From Candidatus Brocadiia bacterium (GTDB lineage: Bacteria; Planctomycetota; MHYJ01; JACQXL01): a DNA stretch of 64,000 nt. The stretch lies in the NCBI GenBank assembly GCA_041658285.1, contig JBBAAP010000011.1:3308-67307 (forward strand), given 5' to 3'. How positions within the stretch are numbered: the stretch's first letter is position 1; each line of letters starts with the position of its first letter. Under the pieces are notes generated by a model. That model ran no database searches. It saw only the letters and a program-made list of their open reading frames with translations, and was not told the origin of the DNA. A program made the position numbers and the translations under genes. Of the stretch, positions 28,435-38,362 are shown piece after piece.

Positions 28435-29100
28435 ATGACTAAAAGAATAGGCCTTATTGTTCTGGTGGGTTTTCTGGGTATTTTGGGGTCGGGATGCATT
28501 TCGAGCAAATATCGCTCTCAGATAAAAGAGTTGCAGCGCCAGAATGAAGAACTGGAGCTGAGGAATGCCAAACTAGAATCATACTACAAAGAATTAAACC
28601 AGAGAAATGAACTCTTGGCAAAAAAACTTCAGGAAACTGAGAACGACGAAGAGTATTATGCCCAACCGGTCAAAAATGTTGACACCGTGCTTATTCGCAA
28701 GCTTGAATCTAAGGGACTTGAAGTAATTGATCGTGAAGGTAATCCGGCAATTATTGGGACGGGCCTTTTCAATCCCGGCTCGGCCACAATTTCAGCTGAT
28801 GGTAAAGATAAGCTGGATAAGATATTAAAAGTTATCAAAGAGGAAACCCCAGCTGCGACTATATCTATAGACGGATACACCGATGATCAGCCTGTTAAAG
28901 AATCAAAATATAAGACTAATGAGAAGCTTTCGTTGGTTCGGGCTGAGGCGGTTAAAACATACTTTGTTGAGCATAAGATATCCGAAAAACGCATTTCCAC
29001 CCGCGGTTTAGGTGCGGTTAATCCAATAGCAGATAACAAAACTCCAGAAGGTAAGCAAAAAAACAGGCGTGTAGAAATCGTATTGTTGGTAAATAAATAG
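28435..29100 (+). CDS. OmpA-family lipoprotein with an N-terminal coiled coil
   Basis: 221 aa. Lipobox LGSGC. Coiled coil (QIKELQRQNEELELRNAKLE). C-terminal OmpA_C domain (ISIDGYTDDQP...NRRVEIVLL). Confidence 0.85.
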   Translation: MTKRIGLIVLVGFLGILGSGCISSKYRSQIKELQRQNEELELRNAKLESYYKELNQRNELLAKKLQETENDEEYYAQPVKNVDTVLIRKLESKGLEVIDREGNPAIIGTGLFNPGSATISADGKDKLDKILKVIKEETPAATISIDGYTDDQPVKESKYKTNEKLSLVRAEAVKTYFVEHKISEKRISTRGLGAVNPIADNKTPEGKQKNRRVEIVLLVNK

Positions 29101-29166
29101 ACCAAAACTGCGGTTTCGGCTAACCTTAGATGTCCTAGAATCTCTGTACGAAGAGAGGAATTTAAA

Positions 29167-31209
29167 ATGAAGCCTAGCGAAATAAGAAATGTTTCTTTTA
29201 TCGGCCATGGCGACGGTGGTAAGACTTCTTTGGTGGAGGCGATGCTCCATAAAGCTGGTGCTACCAACCGTTTGGGTGATGTTGGTGAAGGCTCGGCCGT
29301 ATGCGATTTTGAACCGGACGAAAAAGAACGTAAGAACTCTTTGGATTGCGGCATCGTTTACTGCAATTGGAAGGGGTTACTGTTTAATTTGATTGATACT
29401 CCAGGCTACCCGGACTTTATTGGAGAGGCGATTTCGGGGCTTAGCGCTTCAGACATGTCTTTTCTGGCTATTAATGCTTCATCGGGGGTGATGGTGAATA
29501 CCCGGAAAATGTGGGAACAGGCCGTAAAGAAAGAGATGCCCAGGGCTATTGTCATTAACAAAATGGATATGGAGAATATTAAATTCGATGAGTTAATGGC
29601 ATCTATTCAGGAAAGTTTCGGCGATCGATGTATGCCGGTATTCCTGCCTTTAACAGATTCTGGTATCGGTGGCGGTTCAGCCATGAAAAGGATTATCAGT
29701 ATTACTGATGAGCGCCCGAAAGATATTAAGGATGTGGCTACTTACTACGAGAAATTATTAGAGGCAGTGGTAGAGATAGATGATGCCTTGCTTAATAAAT
29801 ACTTGGATGGCAAGGAAGTAACTGAATCTGAATTCCAGGCTGCTTTTAAGGAATCCATACTTAAAGCCAAAGTGATTCCGGTTCTGGTAACATCTTACCG
29901 CAGAAATCTTGGAATCCAGGAGTTTTTGGATTTTGTGGCAAAATATGTGCCGTCTCCGGCCGATATGCCGTCTAAAACTGCGTTGGATCAGGCCGGTAAG
30001 GATGTTAAAGTTGAGGCTAACGAGGCAGGCCCGTTGGTTGGGTTTGTCTTTAAGGTTATCAGCGACCCGTTTGTCGGGAAGATTACTTATATCCGTTTAT
30101 ATTCGGGCACTATTACTGCGGACAGTTCAATTTATAACGCGCGGACAAAGAAAAGCGAGCGCTATGGTAAGATATTTAAGGTATTTGGCAAGGAGCAGCG
30201 GTCAGTTGATAAAGCTATTGCCGGCGATATCATAATAATACCTAAGCTCGAGGATTCGCAGATATGCGATACTCTCTGCCAGCAGAATAACCTGGTCAAA
30301 ATGCCGGATATAAAATTCCCGACCCCGATGGTGTCGCTGTCGGTTGAACCCAAATCGAAAGGTGATGAACAAAGATTGAGTACTTCCTTAGCTAAAATGG
30401 TAGCCTCGGATCCGGCTTTCAAGGTTGTGCGTGATCATCAAACGAGTGAAATGGTTATCACCGGTATGAGCAACCTGCATCTGGATATTATCATGGGGCG
30501 GCTCAAACGCAAATTTGATGTCCAAATTAATACCAAGCAGCCCAAGATCCCTTACAAAGAGACGATAGCTCAGCCGTCTGAAGGTCATCATAAGCATAAA
30601 AAGCAATCCGGTGGCCGGGGACAATATGGCGAAGTATATCTTAAATTAGAGCCGCTTACCCGCGGGGCCGGATTTGAGTTCGCTAACGAGTTATTTGGCG
30701 GTTCCGTGCCATCGCAATATGTTCCGGCCGTGGAAAAAGGAATTAAAGAGGTCCTCGAACGAGGTGTTATTGCCGGTTATCACGTGGTGGATGTGAAAGT
30801 GACTATATTTGATGGTTCCTACCACGATGTTGACTCATCTGAAGCTTCATTTAAAATCGCCGGCTCCAAGGCATTCAAGACGGGATTCATGGCGGCTAAA
30901 CCGTCTCTTCTAGAGCCGATAGTTAATATCGAAATAACGGTGCCGTCCAAATATATGGGCGATATCACGGGCGATTTGAACTCCCGCCGCGGCCGGATTA
31001 CTGGTATGGATACAGTCTCCGGACAGCAGGTCATAAAAGCCACTGTTCCACTGGGGGAAATAGCAAGTTATTCCACCGAACTTCGTTCAATCACGGCCGG
31101 AGAGGGGCATTACTCTATAGAGTTTTCCCATTACGACCTGGTGCCTTTCAAGATTCAGGAAGCAATTATCGCGAAGAACAAACCCAAGGAAGAAAAAGAA
31201 GACGAATAA
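29167..31209 (+). CDS. elongation factor G paralog (EF-G-like GTPase)
   Basis: 680 aa. G1 GHGDGGKTS, DTPGYPDF, NKMD, and EF-G domains III-V. N-terminus diverges from canonical FusA. Confidence 0.85.
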   Translation: MKPSEIRNVSFIGHGDGGKTSLVEAMLHKAGATNRLGDVGEGSAVCDFEPDEKERKNSLDCGIVYCNWKGLLFNLIDTPGYPDFIGEAISGLSASDMSFLAINASSGVMVNTRKMWEQAVKKEMPRAIVINKMDMENIKFDELMASIQESFGDRCMPVFLPLTDSGIGGGSAMKRIISITDERPKDIKDVATYYEKLLEAVVEIDDALLNKYLDGKEVTESEFQAAFKESILKAKVIPVLVTSYRRNLGIQEFLDFVAKYVPSPADMPSKTALDQAGKDVKVEANEAGPLVGFVFKVISDPFVGKITYIRLYSGTITADSSIYNARTKKSERYGKIFKVFGKEQRSVDKAIAGDIIIIPKLEDSQICDTLCQQNNLVKMPDIKFPTPMVSLSVEPKSKGDEQRLSTSLAKMVASDPAFKVVRDHQTSEMVITGMSNLHLDIIMGRLKRKFDVQINTKQPKIPYKETIAQPSEGHHKHKKQSGGRGQYGEVYLKLEPLTRGAGFEFANELFGGSVPSQYVPAVEKGIKEVLERGVIAGYHVVDVKVTIFDGSYHDVDSSEASFKIAGSKAFKTGFMAAKPSLLEPIVNIEITVPSKYMGDITGDLNSRRGRITGMDTVSGQQVIKATVPLGEIASYSTELRSITAGEGHYSIEFSHYDLVPFKIQEAIIAKNKPKEEKEDE

Positions 31210-31278
31210 ATTACGCATATTCATTGGGGCGTGATTAATCCCAGCCTGATGCGTAATGCCACATACCTTTATTGAATT

Positions 31279-33387
31279 ATGCTCAACGGATTGTTTAACC
31301 CCTCGTCAATAGCGGTTATTGGCGCCTCACGCCATAAGGGTAAACTCGGGCATACCACGCTTTATAATATTATTAAAAGCGGCTACAAGGGTAAAATATT
31401 CCCGGTTAATCAAAGCGCTCGTTCGGTGCTGGGTCTGAAATGCTATCCGGATATTTTAAGTATAAAAGAGGCGGTTGATTTGCTGGTATTTGTTATTCCG
31501 GCGCCATTTGTCCTGGCTAATTTCCAGGCTGTGGTTAAAGCCGGCAAGCGGATAAAGGCGGCCGTAATTATTACGGCTGGATTTAAGGAGACCGGACCTG
31601 AAGGCGCGGCTTGGGAAAGCGAGATTGCCAAGCTTGCAAAGAAACATAATATCAGCGTGATTGGGCCGAACTGCATCGGGATGATTGATACTCATACGCC
31701 GCTTAATGCGACATTCTCAACTACTGCCAAGATACCGCCGCGCGGAAAAATATCTTTCTTTTCCCAGTCCGGCGCTCTTTCCATGGCAATTCTGGACTGG
31801 GCCATAAAAGAGAAAATAGGAATTTCCAAACTGATTTCCTTGGGTAATAAAGTCGATGTCGATGAAGCCGATCTGATAGAATATTTAGCCAAAGACAAAA
31901 ACACATCGGTGATACTGGCGTATTTAGAGGGTATTCGCGACGGCCGGAGATTTATGGATGTAGCCCGGCGGGTCAGCCGTCAAAAACCGATACTGATACT
32001 TAAGGGCGGCACCACCGCGGCTGGCGCTCGGGCGGTTTCATCGCACACCGGCTCTTTAGCCGGGAAGGACATTGCTTATCAGTGCGCCTTTAGGCAGAGC
32101 GGCGTTATCAGGGCAAACAATATCGCCGAGATGTTTGATATTGCTAAAGCGCTGGCTAATAAATCGTTGCCTTTGTTAAAAGGTCCGCGCATTGCGATTA
32201 TAACTAATTCCGGAGGTCCGGCCGTGCTGGCCGCGGACAGGATAGAAAAGTCAGGGCAGACTGATGGGTTGAAGATGGCTTATTTTACCGAGGCAACCAT
32301 AAATAAGCTGCGTGAAACTCTGCCCAAAGGCGCTGGTATTTACAACCCGGTTGATGTCATTGCCGATGCCAATATGGCCCGTTACAAAATAGCGCTTCAG
32401 GTAGCGGTGGATGATAAGAACGTGGACGGCATACTGGTTATTTATACTCCGGCCACAAAGGAACAGCCGGATTTTATAGCGTCTGCTACGATTGATGTAT
32501 ACAAAAAGTCGCCCAAGCCGATAATTACCAGTTTTATGGGCGGCGAGATTGCCGGTAAAGGGGTGCGCGCGTTGGAGATTGCCGGATTGCCGCACTATTC
32601 CGCCCCTGAGGATGCTATCGCTGTTTTCGAGGGGGTCTTTAAGTATCAGATGATGAAGGCGTCAACAGCGCTGGCGGCTCAATCAAAAGTGCAGGTTATG
32701 CGCAAGCCTTCGGTCAAGCAGATTCTGGCCCGCTATAATGAAGGTGAAAATATTTCTCTGGAAGATTCGATGAATATCCTGGATGCTTACGGTATTCATA
32801 TTCCGCAATCAATCCTTGCCGGGTCGCTGGCCGAAGCCCAGAAGGCGGCGGAAAAAGTCGGTTATCCCGTCGCCCTGAAGATTGTTTCTCCGGAAATCAG
32901 CCATAAAACCGATGTCGGCGGGGTGCGCTTGAACATATATACCCAGGCGGACCTTAATAAGGCATATCAGGATATCATTGATAAAGCCCGGATGATGAGC
33001 GGAGTTCACATCAAGGGGGTTATCGTCCAACAAATGATTCTTGGTGGGAAAGAGATTATTATCGGCGTCAATAAAGACCCGCAATTCGGGCATCTGGTGA
33101 TGTTTGGGCTTGGCGGTATATACGTCGAAGTATTGAAGGACGTGTCGTTCAGGCTGGCGCCGCTGTCGCTTCAGGATGTTGATGCTATGATACGTGAAAT
33201 ACGTTCATACCAGCTCCTATCCGGCATCAGGGGTGAAGAGCCTTCGGATATAAACGCCATTAGGGACGTGTTGTTGAAGATTTCTCAATTGGTCACAGAT
33301 TTCCCTGAAATAACGGAACTGGATATCAACCCGTTCAAGGTGTTTGCCAAGGGCGGGGTTGCTCTGGATACCAGATTTAGAATATAA
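31279..33387 (+). CDS. acetate--CoA ligase (ADP-forming), fused alpha/beta subunits
   Basis: 702 aa. CoA-binding N-domain (IAVIGASRHKGKLGH), succinyl-CoA-synthetase-like flavodoxin domain, and C-terminal ATP-grasp. Confidence 0.85.
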   Translation: MLNGLFNPSSIAVIGASRHKGKLGHTTLYNIIKSGYKGKIFPVNQSARSVLGLKCYPDILSIKEAVDLLVFVIPAPFVLANFQAVVKAGKRIKAAVIITAGFKETGPEGAAWESEIAKLAKKHNISVIGPNCIGMIDTHTPLNATFSTTAKIPPRGKISFFSQSGALSMAILDWAIKEKIGISKLISLGNKVDVDEADLIEYLAKDKNTSVILAYLEGIRDGRRFMDVARRVSRQKPILILKGGTTAAGARAVSSHTGSLAGKDIAYQCAFRQSGVIRANNIAEMFDIAKALANKSLPLLKGPRIAIITNSGGPAVLAADRIEKSGQTDGLKMAYFTEATINKLRETLPKGAGIYNPVDVIADANMARYKIALQVAVDDKNVDGILVIYTPATKEQPDFIASATIDVYKKSPKPIITSFMGGEIAGKGVRALEIAGLPHYSAPEDAIAVFEGVFKYQMMKASTALAAQSKVQVMRKPSVKQILARYNEGENISLEDSMNILDAYGIHIPQSILAGSLAEAQKAAEKVGYPVALKIVSPEISHKTDVGGVRLNIYTQADLNKAYQDIIDKARMMSGVHIKGVIVQQMILGGKEIIIGVNKDPQFGHLVMFGLGGIYVEVLKDVSFRLAPLSLQDVDAMIREIRSYQLLSGIRGEEPSDINAIRDVLLKISQLVTDFPEITELDINPFKVFAKGGVALDTRFRI

Positions 33388-33414
33388 TTACTGATTCAGA
33401 ATTATGGAGGTGCT

Positions 33415-34506
33415 ATGAAGACGCTATTTATTACTTCAGCTGCCGATGCGGCCGGCAAGAATATGCTTATGCTTGGCCTGGGCAGCCAGATGCAGCAGGA
33501 CAAATATCGAGTCGGGTTTTTTAAGCCTATCGGGAACAAGCCGATACGCCACGAACGCATCCTGACGGATGAGGACATCGTTTTCTTTCACCAATCCTTG
33601 GGGCTTAATGAATCCGTCAATAATCTATGCCCGCTAGTGCTGAGCGACGAGATTACCGAGGAGGTTATCAGCGGCAAGTCTATGCCTCAGCCGGTTATGG
33701 ACTTGAACGGGAAAATCGCGAAGTTGATGGAGCGGATATCACAGGACAAGGATGTAATGTTGGTGAAGGGCCTGGGCAGATTCTATCGCGGCGCTATGTT
33801 TGGCTTGACCGAGTCTAATTTGATCAAGGATTTTAACTGGAAAACTATTCTGGTTGATGGGTATCGGGCCGGCCGGTTGGCTTTGCCGATTGATACCCTG
33901 GACGGATTCATTACCGCCAAGAAGTTGTTCGGAAACCTGCTCATCGGCGTGGTAATAAATAACGTGCCGGATTCCCAGCTGGACTACTTGAAGAAAAAGG
34001 TTGTGCCTTACCTGCGCGATAGGCATCAAATAGATGTGCTGGGCATAATACCGCAGACGGATGCCCTTAGGGCCGTTTCGGTCAAGGAACTGTGCCAGGC
34101 ATTGGGCGGTGAAATCATCTGCGCCAAGGATAAAGAGGATACGCTGGTCGAACGGTTCTGCATGAGCACTATGAACGTCGAAAATGACCTGCGCTATTTC
34201 AGGCAGGAAAAATGCAAGGCGGTTGTCTGCAGCGGCGACCGGACCGATATCCACCTGGCCGCGCTGGAAACGCCGACTCAGTGCCTGGTCCTGACCGGAC
34301 GTCTTTACCCGGCAGATATTATTCTTTCCAAGGCCGAAGAACAGGGCGTTCCGGTGATAGTCGTCCGGGATGATACGCTCAAGACCATGGGCAAGATCGA
34401 CCGGCTTTCCAAGCATCTGGGGGTGTTTACGCCTTCAAAGGTCAACGCCGCCATCAAGATAGTCAAACAGCACGTTAATATCAAAGCCATATACAAGAGG
34501 ATATAA
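33415..34506 (+). CDS. stand-alone phosphotransacetylase N-terminal-like protein (P-loop BioD-like plus DRTGG domain)
   Basis: 363 aa. P-loop-like AADAAGKN. CSGDRTDIHLAALE (DRTGG-like). No PTA_PTB catalytic domain. Confidence 0.55.
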   Translation: MKTLFITSAADAAGKNMLMLGLGSQMQQDKYRVGFFKPIGNKPIRHERILTDEDIVFFHQSLGLNESVNNLCPLVLSDEITEEVISGKSMPQPVMDLNGKIAKLMERISQDKDVMLVKGLGRFYRGAMFGLTESNLIKDFNWKTILVDGYRAGRLALPIDTLDGFITAKKLFGNLLIGVVINNVPDSQLDYLKKKVVPYLRDRHQIDVLGIIPQTDALRAVSVKELCQALGGEIICAKDKEDTLVERFCMSTMNVENDLRYFRQEKCKAVVCSGDRTDIHLAALETPTQCLVLTGRLYPADIILSKAEEQGVPVIVVRDDTLKTMGKIDRLSKHLGVFTPSKVNAAIKIVKQHVNIKAIYKRI

Positions 34507-34512
34507 CTCTAT

Positions 34513-35340
34513 ATGGATTTACTATTCGGCACGGCCGGGGTGCCCAGGAGCAGTCAGGCATCTGATACGCTGTCCGGAATGGAGCGAATCAAAGAGCTTG
34601 GCCTGGGATTTATGGAGCTCGAGTTCGTCCAGGGCGTCCGGATGGGCAAGGAAACGGCGCAGAAGGTCGCCTTGAAAAGGGCAGAGCTGGGCATAGAGCT
34701 GACGGTGCACGGGCCGTATTTCATCAACCTGAATGCCAAGGAAGAGGCCAAGATAGAGGCCAGCAAGAAAAGAATCTACGACAGCGCCTATATCGGCGCG
34801 CTCTGCGGCGCCCAAAGCGTTACCTTTCACGCCGGTTTCTATCTGGGCGATTCGCCCAAGCAGGCCTATAGCAAGATAAAGAAGAATCTGGCGGATGTGG
34901 TTAAGCAACTGTGGAAAGATAAGATAAACATCAGGCTTTCGCCCGAGCTTACCGGCAAGCCCAGCCAATTCGGTTCGTTAGAGGAGCTGTTGGAACTTTC
35001 CCGCGAGATAGAAGGCATCAGCCCGTGCATAGATTTCTCGCATCATCACGCCCGGAGCGGGGGAGCTAATAATACTTACCAGGAGTTTGCGTCAGCGCTG
35101 GATAAGGTTCAGAAAATGCTAGGTTCTAGCGCATTAAAGCAGATGCATTTCCATACATCGGGAATCAAGTATTCAGCCAAGGGGGAGTTGAAGCACCTTG
35201 ACCTGCCGGATTCTGATATGAACTATAAGGATTTACTCAAGGCGCTTAAGGATTATCAGGCCGGCGGTTTCCTGGTCTGCGAAAGCCCGAACCTGGAAAC
35301 AGATGCACTGTTGATGCGGGACTTTTATAATAGTTTATAA
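34513..35340 (+). CDS. xylose-isomerase-like TIM-barrel protein (AP endonuclease family 2 / sugar phosphate isomerase-epimerase fold)
   Basis: 275 aa. VHGPYFINL, TFHAG, IDFSHHHA metal-ligand-like positions. Confidence 0.5.
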   Translation: MDLLFGTAGVPRSSQASDTLSGMERIKELGLGFMELEFVQGVRMGKETAQKVALKRAELGIELTVHGPYFINLNAKEEAKIEASKKRIYDSAYIGALCGAQSVTFHAGFYLGDSPKQAYSKIKKNLADVVKQLWKDKINIRLSPELTGKPSQFGSLEELLELSREIEGISPCIDFSHHHARSGGANNTYQEFASALDKVQKMLGSSALKQMHFHTSGIKYSAKGELKHLDLPDSDMNYKDLLKALKDYQAGGFLVCESPNLETDALLMRDFYNSL

Positions 35341-35452
35341 ATACCTTTCATTTACCACGAAACCGCGAAAATATAAAATCGCAAAAAAATACTCCTGATT
35401 TAAAATCGAGGTGCCGCAGCCTATCCCGCCTTTAGCGGGGCTCTAACTGGCA

Positions 35453-36076
35453 CTAAGGCGCGTATTTGGCGCACGGGTCGCTGTATGGACCCTGTCCGGC
35501 CGCGCCCACCCCGGCTACCCGGAACCAGAATTTGCCTCCGCTGGCCAGCCCGGTGATGGTGGCGGATGATTCAGTCACATTCGTTTTATGCTTCCAACTG
35601 GTAGGCACATTGGCGTCTGTGGTTATCTCAACCACGTAACTCCGGGCGCCGCGTACCGGTTTCCAGTTAAGGTCAATCTCGCCGTCATTATAGCCGGCTT
35701 TGGCGGATAACTTCTTCGGCGCTTGTAGTTCCCCAATCGGAGCGGCGATATGCCTGATATTCATTCCGGCCGAGGATATTTTCTGGTCATCGCCGACTGA
35801 TTCATTTTCAACGTAAAGCGATTCTAACATTAACGAACGGTCCAGTTCCTTTTCATCATTAGTCATCAAATCAGTCGCGGCCTTGGCCTGAGCGCGCTTA
35901 GATAATGCGTCATTATAAGATGTGCGCAAGGCGGTTGTTTTGGCCGTAATATCGGCCAGTGCCGGATTAGGCGTGGTGAAATTCGCATTGCCGGTCATCG
36001 CAGTGACAATCCGGGTAGCCAATGCAATCTTATCAGGAATTGGCATGCCCTTGAGACCTAACTTAACTTTTCCCAT
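35453..36076 (-). CDS. hypothetical protein with a C-terminal fibronectin type III domain
   Basis: 207 aa. No signal peptide. The FN3-like region (GEIDLNWKPVRGARSYVVEI...GGKFWFRVAGV) is followed by a ~25-aa tail to the stop. Confidence 0.45.
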   Translation of the reverse strand: MGKVKLGLKGMPIPDKIALATRIVTAMTGNANFTTPNPALADITAKTTALRTSYNDALSKRAQAKAATDLMTNDEKELDRSLMLESLYVENESVGDDQKISSAGMNIRHIAAPIGELQAPKKLSAKAGYNDGEIDLNWKPVRGARSYVVEITTDANVPTSWKHKTNVTESSATITGLASGGKFWFRVAGVGAAGQGPYSDPCAKYAP

Positions 36077-36199
36077 AGTTACGCCTTTTTTTCTTAGAGT
36101 CTGTTAATCCATACAGCGTTATGGCGCCGAAGCGCCATGGTCCCGAAAGCATTCGGGGCCACTTCCCACAACTTCATAGATTATTAATCTTACATAACA

Positions 36200-36460
36200 T
36201 CAAACTGCTCCAATGTCTCATAGGACTGCTCCAATCCTATGTCAAATTATTATAATTGCTCATAGGACTGCTCTAATCCTATGACAAATCACTCCAACAT
36301 CTCACAGGATTGTTCAAATCCCTCAAGGGATTACTATAATCCCTCGCAGGATTACCACAATCCCTTGAAGGACTACTATAATCCTTTATCGGATTGCTAT
36401 AATCCCTCATAGGATTGCTAAAATCCTTCAAAGAATCACCATAATTATGTGAATATTATA
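36200..36460. repeat. degenerate direct tandem array (about 22-bp unit, ATAATCCCTCATAGGATTGCT-like, about 11 copies)
   Basis: Visible by eye. Units contain the internal palindrome TCCTATG/CATAGGA. Confidence 0.75.
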
Positions 36461-36689
36461 CCATCAGCCAAAGGCTGATCCGCCTCAGGTGGAAAGTACC
36501 GTTACTTTGTCAACTCCATTAGATGTTTTATCTAGCATATTTTTAACTATCTTACCAGTTTTATTCATCAACGGATAACATAGTCATCCAGCGGGGTCAA
36601 TAATTGAGTGTTGAATATCTATAATTAGTGTCTCGTTAGTAGGTAGGTGCGGCAGGCAGGTTCCCAGAAATCTAAATTGTGAAGTACCC

Positions 36690-37814
36690 CTATCTTATTA
36701 TTTTTTTGATGCGGCTTACAGGCCAATATATTTTGCAGGTCTTCCCAATAATCTTTTCTTTTGGGATGGGGCCGTATTGGCGGCTGTCTTTGCTATTAGT
36801 TAAATTGTCGCCAATAACAAAATAGGTATTATTAGGAACCAGGTAAGGACCATAAGGCTCGGTATTTATTTGCTCTTCAAGCTGAGGGTATTCTTTGAAT
36901 AATTTACCGTTGACATAAGCTTTATTGCCTTTGACTTCAACGGTTTGGCTACCGTTGGCAATTATGCGTCTGATAAGTACCTTTTGGGGATCTTCCGGTG
37001 ATTCAAACGTAATAATGTCGCCGGGTTCAGGATTGGAAAACCTATAAGTCAGTTTTTCTACAATAATCCTGTCTTTCTCCATAATTGCCGGCTCCATTCC
37101 TTTTGTTGGAATGCGATATGTAACCAAAAGACTGGTAAGTAAGACATAAATAAAAACTTTATATAATAGCAAAAGAACTAAGAAGGTTATCAGTGTTTTC
37201 TTTGGTTCTTTTTGCGGTCTTTGCGCAGAAACAAAAGCATCGTAACAAACTATAAGACGGTATAATAATGCTAGAAGTAATGATACCCACCTATGTTGAA
37301 ATGTAATTTCATCAAGAAGAGCAAAGCCAATAATAAAAATAATGCCTTTTACCCATCTTTTACAATAAAGCTGGCCTACGCCCGGGAGTATATAAGAAAG
37401 AAAAACCGCCAACCAGGTGTTTTTCTGCGGCTGGTCGGCCGGAATGTCAGGCGGCAAGGAGGCGTTGTGATTGCGGACCAGTTTATGCGCATTAAATAAA
37501 TTCCAAATAGCCAATAAGACAGATAGCGTAAAAAAAAGGGCCGCCCAATGGAAAACTATCATTGGGCTGACCATCGAGTAAAATAAAGCAACTAACAATG
37601 AAAGATAGACAAACAGGATAGTTATTCCAATGGAGTTTCTTTTGGCGTATAGTTGGCCTGTGCCCGGTAAAATCCATGATAAACATACCGCCAGCCAGGG
37701 GTTTTTTACTTTTGCATTTTTCATATTTTCTTTTTTGTTCGGGGAGACTAAGACCGCTACAACTTTCCTTTCGCCTATCTTCCTCAAATTCCGGTGACAC
37801 CATATGAGCGCCAC
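36690..37814 (-). CDS. signal peptidase I (S26) homolog with substituted catalytic dyad and an extended N-terminal multi-TM region carrying a duplicated motif
   Basis: 374 aa. S26 boxes present: GMEPAI (canonical SMxPTL), GDIITF, LIRRIIANGS (canonical YIKRxxGxPGD), GDNLTNSKDSR. N-terminal repeats NPWLAVCLSWILPGTGQLYAKR and NTWLAVFLSYILPGVGQLYCKRW. Start codon uncertain (alternative Met at 37724). Confidence 0.65.
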   Translation of the reverse strand: MALIWCHRNLRKIGERKVVAVLVSPNKKENMKNAKVKNPWLAVCLSWILPGTGQLYAKRNSIGITILFVYLSLLVALFYSMVSPMIVFHWAALFFTLSVLLAIWNLFNAHKLVRNHNASLPPDIPADQPQKNTWLAVFLSYILPGVGQLYCKRWVKGIIFIIGFALLDEITFQHRWVSLLLALLYRLIVCYDAFVSAQRPQKEPKKTLITFLVLLLLYKVFIYVLLTSLLVTYRIPTKGMEPAIMEKDRIIVEKLTYRFSNPEPGDIITFESPEDPQKVLIRRIIANGSQTVEVKGNKAYVNGKLFKEYPQLEEQINTEPYGPYLVPNNTYFVIGDNLTNSKDSRQYGPIPKEKIIGKTCKIYWPVSRIKKIIR

Positions 37815-37844
37815 TCAATTCACTCGCTCTAATCACGACGGAAT

Positions 37845-37890
37845 AGTCGGGATAACGTGCCAGTAATTCATTTCGTTCAAACTGGCACTA
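37845..37890. repeat. GGGATAACGTGCCAGTA-N20-ACTGGCACTAACC hairpin element
   Basis: Near-identical to 2055-2098. Loop sequence matches the hairpin at 60056-60085. Confidence 0.65.
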
Positions 37891-37982
37891 ACCGTCGCTG
37901 GCGGAGAATATGAGCCATATTAGTTGCCTTCCAAGCTTATAATAGGGTAGTATACTTTCAGGTTTGGTCAATATAATATAAT

Positions 37983-38300
37983 ATGTATATTGTAGTATTC
38001 GTTACCGTTCCATCAGCTAAGATAGCCGGCGTTATTGCCACCGCCGTAGTCCAGGCCAAGTTAGCCGCCTGCGTTAATATCATTCTGTCCATAAGGTCGG
38101 TATATAAATGGAAGGGCAAGCTTTGCCGGGATAAGGAAGCGCTTATGGTCATCAAAACTAAAAAGACCTTGTTCCCTAAATTAGCCGATAAAATAAGGGT
38201 TATGCACCCGTATCAGGTCCCGGAAATAATAGGGTTGCCCATAATCGCTGGTAATAAGCCTTATTTGAAATGGCTGAATGCCGCTGTTAAGACGCGATAA
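37983..38300 (+). CDS. cutA: divalent-cation tolerance protein CutA
   Basis: 105 aa. ...AACVNII... and HPYQVPEIIGLPI signature of CutA1. Confidence 0.8.
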   Translation: MYIVVFVTVPSAKIAGVIATAVVQAKLAACVNIILSIRSVYKWKGKLCRDKEALMVIKTKKTLFPKLADKIRVMHPYQVPEIIGLPIIAGNKPYLKWLNAAVKTR

Positions 38301-38311
38301 TTGTTTTATTC

Positions 38312-38340
38312 TTGACAAATGAGAATTTATAGGCTATATT
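38312..38340 (+). promoter_or_regulatory. sigma70-like promoter (TTGACA-17-TATATT) upstream of the HEAT/polyferredoxin/NicO operon
   Basis: TTGACA at 38312-38317 and TATATT at 38335-38340. AGGAGG RBS at ~38348. ATG at 38363. Confidence 0.5.
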
Positions 38341-38362
38341 AACGCTAGGAGGATATGAAAAT

